Assembly: GCA_036172245.1 (NCBI GenBank) | Contig: JAYWIR010000041.1 | Location: forward strand, 310,001-374,000 | Source: Raillietiella orientalis | Taxonomy: Eukaryota | Length of the DNA: 64,000 bases | Reading direction: 5' to 3' | In this document: positions 50,201 through 62,879 of the stretch, piece after piece | Position numbering within the stretch: position 1 is the stretch's first letter | How the letters are laid out: each line of letters begins with the position of its first letter | Made by a program: the position numbers and the translations under genes | The notes under the pieces: generated by a model | What the model saw: the letters and a program-made list of their open reading frames with translations, nothing else | Database searches by the model: none | What the model was told of the DNA's origin: nothing

Positions 50201-53200
50201 TCATGCGCGTCTTTGAAAATGGAATGCTTCATAGCCGAGGCGGGCAAAGCGGTGCATGCGTACGTACGTACGGAAAGGAAATGTACAAGAATCAAACTAT
50301 GAAAACTTTGAAGAAATGTCTATCTGATCCTTGCAAACATTCGATTCCACTTTTAGACGGAATTGCATAATGAAAGAAACAGTACGTTGGATGCTAGGGA
50401 AGATGCTGCCACAGAGCAGTTGTTTTCATAACACGCCTGCTTGCCCAATTTTCCTAACTCGTGTTAGAAGGATGTTTGGGAATGAGAAGGAAGAAACCCC
50501 TTTAGAGCATCTTTCAAGTCACACACATTTGCTTATGAATGAGATACAAACTTGAAACTCGAGCATTTCGATAGCTGCAATGTTCAGCTCCTGAAGATGC
50601 ACAAGAAGACAGCGACGTAAAGGAATGAAAGAAAAAGACATGCAAAACATTGACCTGGTCTCTGAAACGATCTTTTAAAAGTGTTGGTTGAAAGTTAAAA
50701 GCCAGGGAGAAGCTCGGTTCCCCAAATCAAAGGCATTTACTGGATGATGGACTTCAAGCTCCAAGCCGGATCAAGACATGAATGAACTCTGACAAGATCA
50801 GCTCCTTTCAAAATCTCTTTTTCCTTTCTTGACCACGTCTCATTTAAAAAGTAATGTGATTTCTAGCTGTTTGGAGCATCAAAAGAAAATTTGCTTAGAA
50901 AGCAAGAAAGAAGAGTTGGCTTCTTTCCAAATGTGCTGATGTCAGAAGATCGGAAACGGAATACTTTCACGAAAACATGATAACCGTGGTGCATTTTCCT
51001 TTGAAGGAACACTCTGGGAATTCAGCAGTTTTCTCCAGCATGCACCGAGGGACCGTAAACCTCATCAGAAGTGATCATGATCTGATTTTTATGCAAAAAA
51101 AACAAACAAACGGACGCTGGAGCTCTTGAGTCATGATGGTTTCCTTGCGCGGCAGCGCAAGAGGTTATTAGTGGTGCACAACGCCATTCTGCATTTTGAT
51201 TCCTGAAGAGTTTCATAATGTGGCCGGACGTCTGTTCGGCTGGATGGCGTTCCAATGCAAAAGGGAAACCTGGAACTGCCAAGGCAAAAGGGAGAATGGG
51301 GTGATTTTCCTGGTGGTGGAAACTTCAGCACATGGAGCGCTCGGTCCAAACCCCATCCTCCCTCAACTGCTTCCATTTCTTTGCGGCTTCCATTTGCGAT
51401 TTGAAAGCTCCGCCTTCGTCCGAGAATCCAAAGGAAACGCGATTTTGGGTTTGCCACGGGGAACTCGTATGGGGGGGGGGGGAGAGGAGGGAAAGAATCC
51501 TTCAGTTCCCGCGTTTGGTTTCGAGACATCTCCCTCCTCTCCGCAGCGGAGAATCCTCCGTCCACCTCGAGACCAGGTAGACGTGCGTTGTTGGCGCCTG
51601 AGTGCAACGCGTGCCGAGCTCGGCTCCAAGTTGGTCTGAAGTCAGCCTGCGGTCGCGTCGAGGGCAGTCCATGCACAGTCCATGGACGGGAGGCTGGGAG
51701 TTCTTTGTGCTGCTGATCCGGCGCTTCCCAGATCTTCTGAGGCTTCTTCTGATTTTCCACATGCCTCGCGCACACCGCCGCCAACAGCAATGGCGACCGA
51801 GGACGCAGACAAGCACGCCTTTGCAGGAACCGTGTGTTCCCATGCGGATGCAGAGGGCACGAGGGAAGGGTAGCCTGCCATTTTGTTTTTTCCTTCTTCT
51901 TCTTCTTCTTTCTCCCTCCCTCCCTCTCCCCTGGTTTTCAGCGCTAATTTTTGGCGACTTTTTTTTTTTTTTTTATTCTTCCTCGAGCGGCACGTTCCGT
52001 CACAATTTTGGCCACGAATGTTACCGAAATACACCGAATATCCGGTAAGACGGTAATAAACGATTTTTCGAAGTGTGGTGTGTTTTTTTAATCCTTTCAG
52101 GGCTCAACAATGGAGCGTTCCTCTTCCTGCAAGAAAAACTTCCTGCAAAATCTGCTGCTGTTACGAAAACGCCTCACAAGCAGAGGAAATTCTTTGTCTG
52201 CGCGTAATCAGTGCTGGGAAGAGAGGGGACCACGTCAGGGCTGCCACGGTGTTCGGTTCGCCACCCCCGCGGAACCCGCGCTCTCCTCTTTGGTGTTGCC
52301 CGCGCGAACACCCCTCTCCTCCGTGCCCCGGCCTCCTGGATCCCTCGGGCGGCGTGTGGACTGACGGGCACGCTCGGCATCTCGCCGGTCACGTGCTTTC
52401 GTCTTCCTGTTTGTGGTTTCCCTTCCACGCGTTAAAAGCGGGCGGGAAAGCCGACGACGACGCCACGGCCGTTTCGCGCCCGGCGACGCGGTGGCTGCGG
52501 GAACGAGGCGGCGTGGTCCATCCACCTCTCTGAACGTCTTCCCTGGCCAACGCACGGACGGATGAGAAAAGGGTTTCCTAGCGTCGGGTCCCCGCTCACG
52601 GAGCCCTTCGGCAGCACCAGCTGGTCACTCTGCGTTCGCCGGTGTCACCTCTTCAGTGAACGGGAGGAGGGACGTTGGTTTGCGTTGTTTCGAGATGCGG
52701 TCGTAAATGCGGCTGCTGAAAAATCACAGCCTTTAATTCACAGCTCGTTTCCGAAAGCGTTTAATGAATGTGTTCCGCGGTGATGTGAGTGAAGCCACGC
52801 GGTCACTCCAGATGATCGTTTCTCTTGGAGACGGTCTTGCAGCTTCACGAACGTGGCCAAACAAAACTTTCACGATTCCTTGCCGAAATGTAAAAAGCCA
52901 GCGGAGCACATTCGCAGCTTGAACAAAGTTTTCTATGCACTCGGAGGACGTCCCACCCAAAACACACAACAAAATGTGTGCGTAAACGTGTGGCCCTTGC
53001 TATTGTGCTCGACAAAGAAGTCTCTAATTTTTCGTGTTGGTCACTCGTCGCACTTGTTTCCGCCACGGGGGGTCGTGAGAAGAAGAAACTCTGTACACGG
53101 AATGAAAATGCCATCAATCACTTTAACTTTCGTATATCCCATCTCATTTTTTTTTTATTTTTATTTTTATTTTTTTAAAAGAAAGAAAGAAAGAAAGAAA

Positions 53201-53915
53201 GAAAGACCACTACACAGATGGTTTCGGATCCAAATTACGTGGACGAAGCCAATCTGAAACGCCATCGCAAAGATTTCTTCTCATCTGAAAGTTCCATTCT
53301 AAAAAGGTTTAAAGTACCATTTTTTTGCGAGTGACTTCAGCTTGGATGCATGCTCCGTCAATCGTCTAAACGAACACATATATACATGTAAAACAGATCC
53401 TTTTGGCCACCTTTCGCCCCCCTCCCCCCCTCCCGCTAAATGAACCGCATTTGTGTCCTGAGAAAGAAATGAAATTTGACGAGAATAAGGTAATTTCTGG
53501 ATAAAATATGGAGATTGTCGGGGACTTTGAGCAGATGATGATGATGCAGGTAATTTAAATTGACGTCGACGACGCTGAAACGGTGAAAATCCGGAAAGCG
53601 TCTGAAACCGAGAAAACGCGTCCGGCGATCCACGTGATCCACGGCATCCACTCCGGGGGTGACCACGGCGCCGCGGTGGTCTCGGGAAGGCTGTGTGCAA
53701 CCGCGCCGCCCGATCAAGCGGAAGATGGTGATGCTGCGAGGCGCGCGGTACTTGGCGAGGTTTATTTTGCCCGCCGCGCCCGGCAACGAAGAGGCGAGGT
53801 GTAGCTCGCAGGCATGTTTGCCTCCGTCTGATGTACCCCGGTGAAGGCGTCACCAAATTTCGACGACACGGAGAGTGTTGCCCTACCGGCGCTCGAGTTG
53901 GTCGCCCGAGCGCGG

Positions 53916-53951
53916 AGCCAATCAGAGGTCTCACTGGGGCGGAGTATCAGT
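53916..53951 (+). promoter_or_regulatory. Candidate Dll core promoter: CCAAT box, GC box, initiator
   Basis: AGCCAATCAG (CCAAT 53918-53922), GGGGCGGAGT (53936-53945) and TCAGT (53947-53951), clustered ~170-200 nt upstream of the Dll coding start in a CpG-rich island. Further TCAGT motifs at 54007 and 54031. Confidence 0.5.
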
Positions 53952-54120
53952 GTAAAATCGAAACCATGCATGGAGCACACCACAACTCCGTAGTAGTAGG
54001 CAACAATCAGTAACGCCGTGCGCACCTGTCTCAGTGGTGGTGGTGGTGGCTGCCGCGCGGTGGTGTACGTATTTCCGAGACCTGCATCCGAGAATCCGTA
54101 GTGCGACTTTTGTTCCGAGC

Positions 54121-54452
54121 ATGTTCCACAGCAAGTAATCACGTTGAGCTTTGCGGACTTCGGGGCCCCCTACTTGGGCCCCAGTGACGATCCAGAGCTA
54201 GTCAGCAAGATAGGATATATGGATCTGCAGGCTCATAGCATGACGCATGCTGCGGCCTACGGGATACGATCTCCTTATCAACCACAGGGATTACCACAAC
54301 ATGACGCTTTCGGAGTGCACAGAGGGATTTCGAATTATCCTTTCACTCCAGCTATGGCGAATCCAAACGCTTATTCCAGCTATAGCCTTCCGGGATATGT
54401 GAACACACAGAGTTCAACTCCACCGGCTGAAGGTAAGAGATTTTCTTTTCCT

Positions 54453-54485
<33 letters not shown>

Positions 54486-57149
54486 TAAAATAAAAATAGA
54501 AAATGATCGCCTCGTTGCAAAATGCAAAAATCATAATTTCGCAATTTTTTTCCCCACTTATTTCAATATCGCTCTGGCAACACCGGCACCGCGATCTGGA
54601 AAATTTTTCGGGATAGCAATGTTTCATCGGCGCGGCCTACGAGATGTTTATTTATCCCGTTTTATTTATTACATTGCTCTGAGCACTTCCATTCGTAAGG
54701 TGATTTACCGCCAAAAAGGCGTGTGCGAGAGAACGCTGTCGGAGGGGAGGGTTCGAACTCCCGAGCCGACTTGGGGTTCGCGCAGCGTCTGGGGAAGCTC
54801 CTCCTTGGAAACAAGCACCCCCCGTCGGCGGGGGTGCCCAACCCCCTACACCCTACGCAGGAAACGGCACCCGTGCCGCAGAATTCGCGCCGGGAAAAAA
54901 AAGAAAAAGAAAAAATATCCCCCCCTCCCCCGCCGAACAACACCACTCACTGCAGCAAAGGCGGAGGACCCGCTGGATGATTCCAGGGATCCAAAAGTGA
55001 CGATAGGTGTTCTTCCCCCCACACGCAAGCTGGCTGGCAGGACACGCCGGAAACATTCTAAAACATAAAAACAAGCTCGGGCTGGCAGGCATGCGCGGGT
55101 AGAGAAAACACATGGAAACGCCATCCGTGGAAGGATGGCGACGAACCCCGCGAAAAGTTGCGCAAAGGTATGGCAAAAGCCGCCCATCCTGGGATCGTTT
55201 TGGATAGGCGTTTTCCCGGGAGGGAACCATCTTGGCGGAGGAACTTCCGTGGTGGCCGATCGGGGACGTCTCTTTTCGGAGTTGCACGTTCGGTGCGCTT
55301 GCATCCTGGAATTCGGCGGCATCCTCCGGTGTTCATGCTGGGAGGAGGGACGGCTTACTTCAACCACCGCAGCCGTTCACGTTCTCACTTTTCAAAAAAG
55401 TGTCTCACAGAGCTCAGAATGCGCACTTCACGGCCGATTTGGAAGAAAAGAAAGAAGAAAACCGTTTTTTTTTTTTTTTTTTTTTTCTTCCGCATTTCTC
55501 ATTGCAATCAAGGAGCGAGCCGACTTCCTCCTGGTTCCCGTAGCCATGGTCACCGCAATTTTCCCTGCAGGCCACCCTCGTGAGAACTGGGGTGGCTCGG
55601 TTCGCTTCCCGAGTTTCCCCCGAGTTCTCGAACCGCGCATTCCGAGAGCAGTACGCCGGACCTGGGTTTTAATCCCCTCCGAAGTGAATGCATTCCCAAA
55701 ATATTTGAATGCAGTAGATCGACCCAGCACGGAGAGCATGAAAGAGTTCACAGTAACCTCTTTACCAAGTTCACGTCTCCTTTGCAATTGCCCAGGGCAC
55801 TTCTTTCGATTTCGCAGCGATTGTGCTGATGGACTGGGCTGCTGCTGACGGAGCACTCGTTTTGTCCCCTTCTGTCTTCACTTGGAGGATTCGCGCTTCA
55901 TGGAGCAACAACTGCCGATTTCGGATGCACTTCTGCCGTTCGTGAGAGGCGGTGGTTAATTACACGGATGATGATAAATATTTTTACTCTCCTGCTCGCG
56001 CTTGGTGCGCTCGCACACTGGATGCTGCTGATCCACGGCGAGCGGCGCGCGTGCATTTCCCGGGGGATTTTTTTTTTTTTTTTTTTTTTTTTCGCACTCT
56101 TCTTCCCGGAAGGATTGCGTTCCATGTTGCCACCTGCGAGGCTCGCGCATCCGCGTCCCGACCTCTCCCGAGACTCCACGGGACCACCACCGCCCACCCT
56201 CTCCTCGAGAGCACGCGGTGTTCCTGCGCGGAAGCGGCCACGGTTCGTGGCCCCCCACTCCCCCAGCTCGGCCACAGCGTCCAAGAACGAGCCACTTCGA
56301 TGGAGAACCTTTCCCTCCTCGGAAACAAATGGATGAGAAGAATCCGTTTCGCGAACGAATGCTTGTTCGAAGATTTCGGGAATGGACCAAGGAAATCTGT
56401 AGCACTCGCGAAGGCGAAGATCGAATGCGTCCAAGCACGGATCCTCACGTCTTTTCTGAAGACGGTTCTAAAGCAGCATCAACTATGCTGTCTGAAAAAG
56501 TCGAAAGGATTATGAGCGTGATCCGTTTGTTTCCACGAGAGATGATGTGCATCCTCAAAGGTGGAAGAGGAAGAGTTTCGCAAATGCGTGCACGTTCATT
56601 GCATGCTAATGAAACATCCCCGCGGGCTTTATGTATGAAGGGTGTTTGATGGGGAAGGATGAAGTGGTCTTTCGAACAACACTTTGCGAGTGACGACGCT
56701 CAGACCTCTCCGAGTTTCCAAAGGTCGCCCTGTCGAACTCATCAAAACAGCAAGCAGGACATCACGGGATGAAACACGCGGCAGGATCATTCGGGAGCCA
56801 TCATCCCCCGGCCGCGAAGACCATCCGCGAGGGCTTGCGAAAATTCTTTCGCGTGAAATCTTCCGCGTCCAATAGCCGCGTGATTTGGAAGGCATCTCGG
56901 GGGAAGAAGATGATTATTCTTTTTCATCAGTCCCGTGGAGCGAATTTCCCGCAGAAATGCTACCTCTTTCGCTTGGCTTCCGTGGCTGCCTGCAAGAGCA
57001 GTTCAGATGCTGAGGTTACCGTCCTTAATCACGGTAATTCGGTTGCATAATTTCCATACGTGTTGTACAAAACGACGATAAAAACGATATTTATAAACGA
57101 TTTGCGGATCCGCGACGCATACGTACTGTTCCTGAAGATTGGGTTTTTG

Positions 57150-57186
<37 letters not shown>

Positions 57187-57405
57187 TTTCTCTCTCTCCC
57201 TCCCTCCGTCTCTCTCTTTCCAGAAAAAGACCAACTAGATAGCTCCTTGCGTGTAAATTCCAAAGGGAAAAAGACTAGGAAACCACGAACGATCTACTCC
57301 AGTCTGCAGCTTCAGCAGTTGAACCGTCGATTCCAGAGGACCCAATATCTTGCATTGCCTGAGCGCGCCGAACTTGCTGCCAGTTTGGGTCTGACGCAGA
57401 CGCAA
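54121..57405 (+). CDS. Dll: Distal-less homeobox protein, 3'-partial (helix-3 exon beyond window end)
   Basis: Exon ending 54432 (GAAG|gtaag) encodes [14 protein letters not shown]...[11 protein letters not shown]...YPF, the Dll N-terminal motifs. Exon 57224-57405 (tttccag|...CAA|gtaagt) encodes [53 protein letters not shown] and ends at the conserved Dlx/Dll homeobox intron position. No VKIWFQN exon was found before 64000. Start is uncertain (54121, 54141/54144 or 54219). Confidence 0.95.
57151..57182. repeat. (TG)n microsatellite just upstream of the Dll homeobox exon acceptor
   Basis: Directly visible. Confidence 0.95.
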
Positions 57406-60400
57406 GTAAGTTGTCCTTCCACCTCCACCTTTGGCGAGCTTTGGAAGTGTGGCCTTGCCCGTGCTTGAGGGCACTGGACCCCTTTCTCACTCTTCCTGTA
57501 CCGACTCACACACTCCCCGGAAACCTGCTTGCTTCCTCGGTTTATCTCTCACCGACCGACTGCTTTCCGATGTGTCTTCCGATCGACCACCGCCCCGTAG
57601 GCTTTCATAAAGAGTCGAAAAAAAAAAAAACAGGGAAAACCGAAAGCAAGAAAACCTCCTGGTCCACGACCGCAGTGAACCAGGCGGATCGTGGTGTATC
57701 CTGACCACCATGTTTTCGACCGCGTTGATTGCTTCGGTGTATCCCTCGGTGGGTGTTGGAAAAAAAATGTCGGCCAATGTAAACATGGCATTGAATCTAT
57801 AAGAGCTCGTGCTGACCACCCTCACCTTGTCGTTCGGATTCAGAAGCGTGAAGGAGTGGACATTCTTCTTCCACTCGGTCTTTTGTATACGTGAAGGACC
57901 ATCACTAGAGATTAGGTCGATCTTGTTGTGCCTTTACACCAACGAGAGCACCAGACCGGCTGGTTTAGTTCTTGATGCTGCTGCTCGCACAGATCTCCCC
58001 CCCCCCCCTCCCTATTTATTACTGACGCCCCAGTTTCTCGTTCCGTGAGCCGAGAGCCAATGGAAGTTTGCTTGATGTAATTACTTACGGGTCGTGGACA
58101 CATGCGTCCTATTCGGGTATGGCGTTGTGTAGATTTTTCCAAGACGTTGGATGTCGGTTAAAATCCGTTAAAGAAGCACAGAGGAAAGAAGATGTGCAAG
58201 CTGATTTCCGTCCAACTGTTTCCCGAGGGGTCCCTCATCAATTACACTCTGCCGGCAGCAGCGAACGAAAAATTTACATCTGATGCACCGGCGATGTGTA
58301 ATTAAAAGTTTGAAGGATGGTCAGGTGGTTCTCCGTGTGAGCAGCGTCACGAAAAAAAGAAAGAAAATTGTCACATGATTCCGTAAAAATTCCCATTCCC
58401 ATGCTGTTATTATGGGAACGGTCACGAGTAGTTCTCATGGTTATACACGCGTACATGTACGTGTACACGTACGTAAACTCGCGTTCCGAAAGATTCACGC
58501 ATGCTTTCTTGAAAAGAAAAGAAAAAAAAAAAAAGATTCGTCGTCGTTCAAGGTACATCGTGGGGGGGGGGGGGCAGCCCGTGTCACTACCTGACCACCT
58601 TAATGCCATCCGCAAAACCAGCGAACCCAAGGAAAAGTCAGGGGGAAGCGAGAAAATTCCCGCGCTCCCCGCCGAATCCCGACGATCCGTTCGAATCCTG
58701 TTTTACGGACGAGCGATCTGATAACACGTGCTTTTCGGAAAACAAAACAAAACATACGATGCTGCACTTTACACTAACTAATAGCTTATGATGAGGAAAT
58801 AATGGAAAGGGCGATTTCCGAGCAGCATTTTCCACCTCGCAACTGTGATTCCTCGTGCGTCACTGTGGGTTCCCATTCGCGTGTAATTTCGGGAGTCATC
58901 CGATGGTCACTGCTTGGATCATTGCCGTTTGCGTTGGCACTTGAGAGCAGCCGCCATCCCCTCCCCCATTGATTCAGAAGTACGTAGGGCAGGTAGCACG
59001 TCTGTAGGTGTGCGGCCGCGAGGTTACGTAGTAACGGCGGTGGATAGCTATTTCGCGCATGCATCAGGCGACTTGCTAGGAAACCGAGCAGCATCCCTTC
59101 TGTCTCCCCGTCAAACTTCTCCGCTCTTCGAGTGGGCGTTCTTCGGCTTTCGTGTGTTTTCGAAGTGAAACCGTGGCAATCGCATTCTTCGGTCGTGTCC
59201 GCTCTCATCCGCTGACCGGCGGTGGGCCGTCAGTGTATGAGAAATTCGTTTCCAGCTTTTCGATCCCCCCCCCCCCGCCTCCCCCATGCGCTCGATAGGG
59301 GCGACGCTCCCCAACTCTGTTTCTGCCGCCATGTCAGGAAGTCGAGAGAGTTTGTTTTACGACTTTCGATGATTTTTCCCGCGTTCGGCCGATCGCAGAC
59401 TTTATCGGCTCCGCGAGGAGACGGTCGTTCCGCATGCGGCCTTCCCGACAACCTCTGGCGAAGATCTCGGGCAAAGATCTTCGCTGCCTTTACTTCCATG
59501 TCGTGCAGAATGAAAACAGCGGTTCGGAACTATGTGTACCCATCATCATCAGTCGTCGACCATCTCTGTGTACAGAATCCTCGAGCGACTGCGAGCTCAT
59601 GAAGGTGCGAAGCTCATTCCGTATCCACGACGACACGGCGACCGGAGTTTCAGGGATACCATCCCAAAACGTTTCGCATTAAGAAGGATAGTTCCTGATC
59701 TTTCGTTTCCACCCGAAGAGATGTTCCTCTATTTCAAGGGTCTGCGGATGATAACTTTGCATGCCGCGCGCATTAGCAGTCAAAAATTTTTTTTTCGAAA
59801 GGTGTCCTCCACAAGGAAAGACGGTGTGTGTGTGTGGGGGGGGGGGGAGAAAGGGGGACGCAAAACGTGTTTTACACTTCAAAACAAATGGAAATTTATA
59901 AAGCAGATCAATTTCAAGTATCTTTGCTTTAAAGGTCAGCTCGCATTTTTGCGCACGATCTGTGGTACAGTAAAGGCAATCTTCGATCTCAGTCCACCCA
60001 CCAATTTCGCATGTGAAATTCTGGAGGCTTCGCCGACCTCTCAAACAACAACTTTGGCGCGCGCGCGCAGGAATCCTGACTTCTGCGCCAGATGGCGTAC
60101 TCGTTTGCAAGGCTGTGTACCAACATGCTATCCTCATCGAAAAACAATTAATCCTTATTGTCAGCGGAGGTCAATATATATGGAGAATGCGGCAAACAGG
60201 TAACGGCGTCGGAGAATTCGTTCCCCGTTTATGAACTGGGAATCGTTTGGGCTGGCATTCGTGGGGCTGGCGCCGCCGAACGCTGCCCCCAGCAAGACCC
60301 GATGTCGTTATTGTCACGATACTATTGTTTTCCCCTTCTCTCTGTACAATGATGATGAGTCGAGGAGGAGGAACCCATCCACCGAGAGAAAGGAGATTGT

Positions 60401-62833
60401 CACTCCTCGAAATTCTCTTTCTTCATAATCTCCTTTTCTCCTCCTCGCTCGATCTTTCCTTTATGCTCCTCGCGTGTGTTTGCTGCCTTAAAGCCTCCTG
60501 TGAGATGCACCACACAATTGAGTTCATCCCCCGATGACACGTCTCCTCCGCCGCCTTCGTGCGATCGCTGGCATCTCTTCGCGCCTGCACACCGCCTCGG
60601 TCTCCAGAAAGTGGCGGAGGCCAAGCTCGGATGCAGCTTCCTTCCCGGGGGAGTGCATCGCCGGTGTGCCCGTGCGTTTTCGAGTGTGGAGCGATCTGTC
60701 GACCGGGCATCAGTGGACTCCGCCCGTCGGTGTCGGCTTTGCATCGGTTCGGTTGGTCACAGGGATTACCAGAGGCTTAGCGCCGCCACCCCCAAAAGGT
60801 ACTTCTTCTCGCGACATGAAACCGAAGGCGAAAATTCGACGACGGGCCTTCGAGGTCAATGCGCCTGCAGGCGGCGGGTCGGTCCCACATTTTTGCGAAA
60901 AGCTTGTCTATTTAGGGTACGTTTCATTAATTCTCTGCGCTCTCTTCGGGAGTGCGGTCGTGAAGGAAGGTGGTTTTCCATCTCTTTTGGATGATGATGG
61001 CTCCTTCGCGTGTGCTCGATGGACCGCACGGTTTGCGAATGGGTCAGAAAGCTCCAGCGGTGCACTCTCGCAACGATTTCGTCTTCCAGGAGAGTTTCCT
61101 GCTCAAATATCCTGAATTCGATGCCCCCCTCTCTCCCTGTGTGTGTGTGTGTTTTCGAGTTTGAATGTGGTTAGCGTATGCAGTGACGCTGTTGGATTCA
61201 TTTTCGTCTTCTTCTTCTCTGCAAGGGGCAATCGAAGTCTTCAGTATTTCAGGTAAGTCCGAGAAGAAGCGAACGAAAGTATGTAAAAGCACTCGACGAG
61301 GGGCAGAAGAAGAAGAGGAAAAAAAAAAAAAAAAGACGTGAAAAAGAGACGATAAAATCGATTTTCAGCATAGGCGAAAAAAAAACCCTACGCAAAGGCA
61401 CTTTGGGGATTCGATACTGTGTGATAAACAGCGTGAAACGGATTTGCTGAAATTCCATAATTCATTTTTTACTGTTTGTGATACACTTTCATCCTGAAAA
61501 GTTCTTTGTCAGTTGTCTTTAAAGAGATTTATTACTGTTTTTTGGTCTTTCAACTGTTTTTGTGTTGGGAGCAACATTAATGGTCTTTCGGATAGTTCAA
61601 AGAGTAGGCCTTAGGCTCTAGGTAACATGTAGGCGTTACCAAGGGTTCGCATCTGATTTCTTTAGAGTTCTATTATGTTTACTCTGATGGAAACTGATTT
61701 TGCTACTTGACGTATATTTGAGTGTTTTACAAAATACAAACATTGCTTCCTAAAGATATAGAGTGGGCCTTGAGCAAACATTTACATTGCACTTGGAAAT
61801 GACACTTGCGTTTAACTTTTTTTTTTTTTTTTTTCTTTTTTCTTTTCTTTGGCTTCCCGAAATGACCTGCACAGTGCCACAGCTGACTCCAGTCAGAAAC
61901 TGTCTCGGTTCTCAGCAGCCAGAGCCATTCTCTGTGTACTCTCGTTCTCGAGCACTTGGGCTTCCTTGCCATTCGCGGAGCAGCTGCCCGCGGAATCGCC
62001 TTTTGCGAGGAATTTCGTGATTTGAAAAAGAGTGTCCAGAAGTCAGTGCGGGGCTGCAGCCGAGCGCAGCATCAGCGTCCGGACCATCCGCGCGCGCGAG
62101 AACGAAAAGCAGCACTCCTTCGTCCTCCTCCTGCTCGGTTCCTGAACGCCTCCGTCGGTTCCCTTGGCGATCAGAAGATCCGGATGGGCTCCACGCATGG
62201 GAAGCTGAACGTGTGCGAATGCCAGAAAATGCTCCCATCCTCTCCCGCGCAAGGGCCGATCTCGTGCTCGCCGGGCCACGCTCGGTGTTTTCATGTTGTC
62301 TAGTTCCAGTTTGGTTAGATGTTGGAGGCGACAAGGGACAAAAAAAAAAAAAAAAAAAAAAAAAAAGGTGGAATGCTGCTAACTCGGCGACTCTATGAAA
62401 TCTGTTTGTAGAGCATACATAATTGATGAGTTTCAGTATCATCTACTTCAAGCTTAAACACACAGATCAGCTGTTAATAGGAATTAGACACCTAAGATTC
62501 GAAGTCATTGATATTTCATTTCCGCAGTTAGATTCTGTGGGAACACTTATCACCTCCCCCAGGGATATTATTGTGGATAAACATAGGAGGACATCCTTTA
62601 ATAATGAGTTGTCGTCCTAGGTGTTGGATTGAGTTCTCAACGCCAACTATCGATCCTTCATGACATGTAAGTAGCCATATTGCTCTTATTGTACATAAGT
62701 GAGTTGGCGCTTTCATCTATGGCATTTTCATAGCTTCCGAGAGCCACGTTATTATGAATGTACACGAAGCAAATCAATAGGTGTTCTTCGGTGAACACGC
62801 TAAATTCATGGTGTTCCTCCTTCCTCCCACCCC

Positions 62834-62836
<3 letters not shown>

Positions 62837-62874
<38 letters not shown>
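62837..62874. repeat. (TC)n/(GA)n microsatellite in Dll intron
   Basis: Directly visible. Confidence 0.95.

Positions 62875-62879
<5 letters not shown>

Noticed and set aside
54745..54765. GGTTCGAACTCCC tRNA B-box-like motif
   Set aside because: No A box or cloverleaf upstream.
57447..57458. GTGTGGCCTTGC (VWPC) as an insect-like Dll homeodomain microexon
   Set aside because: Not flanked by AG/GT splice sites in the right positions.
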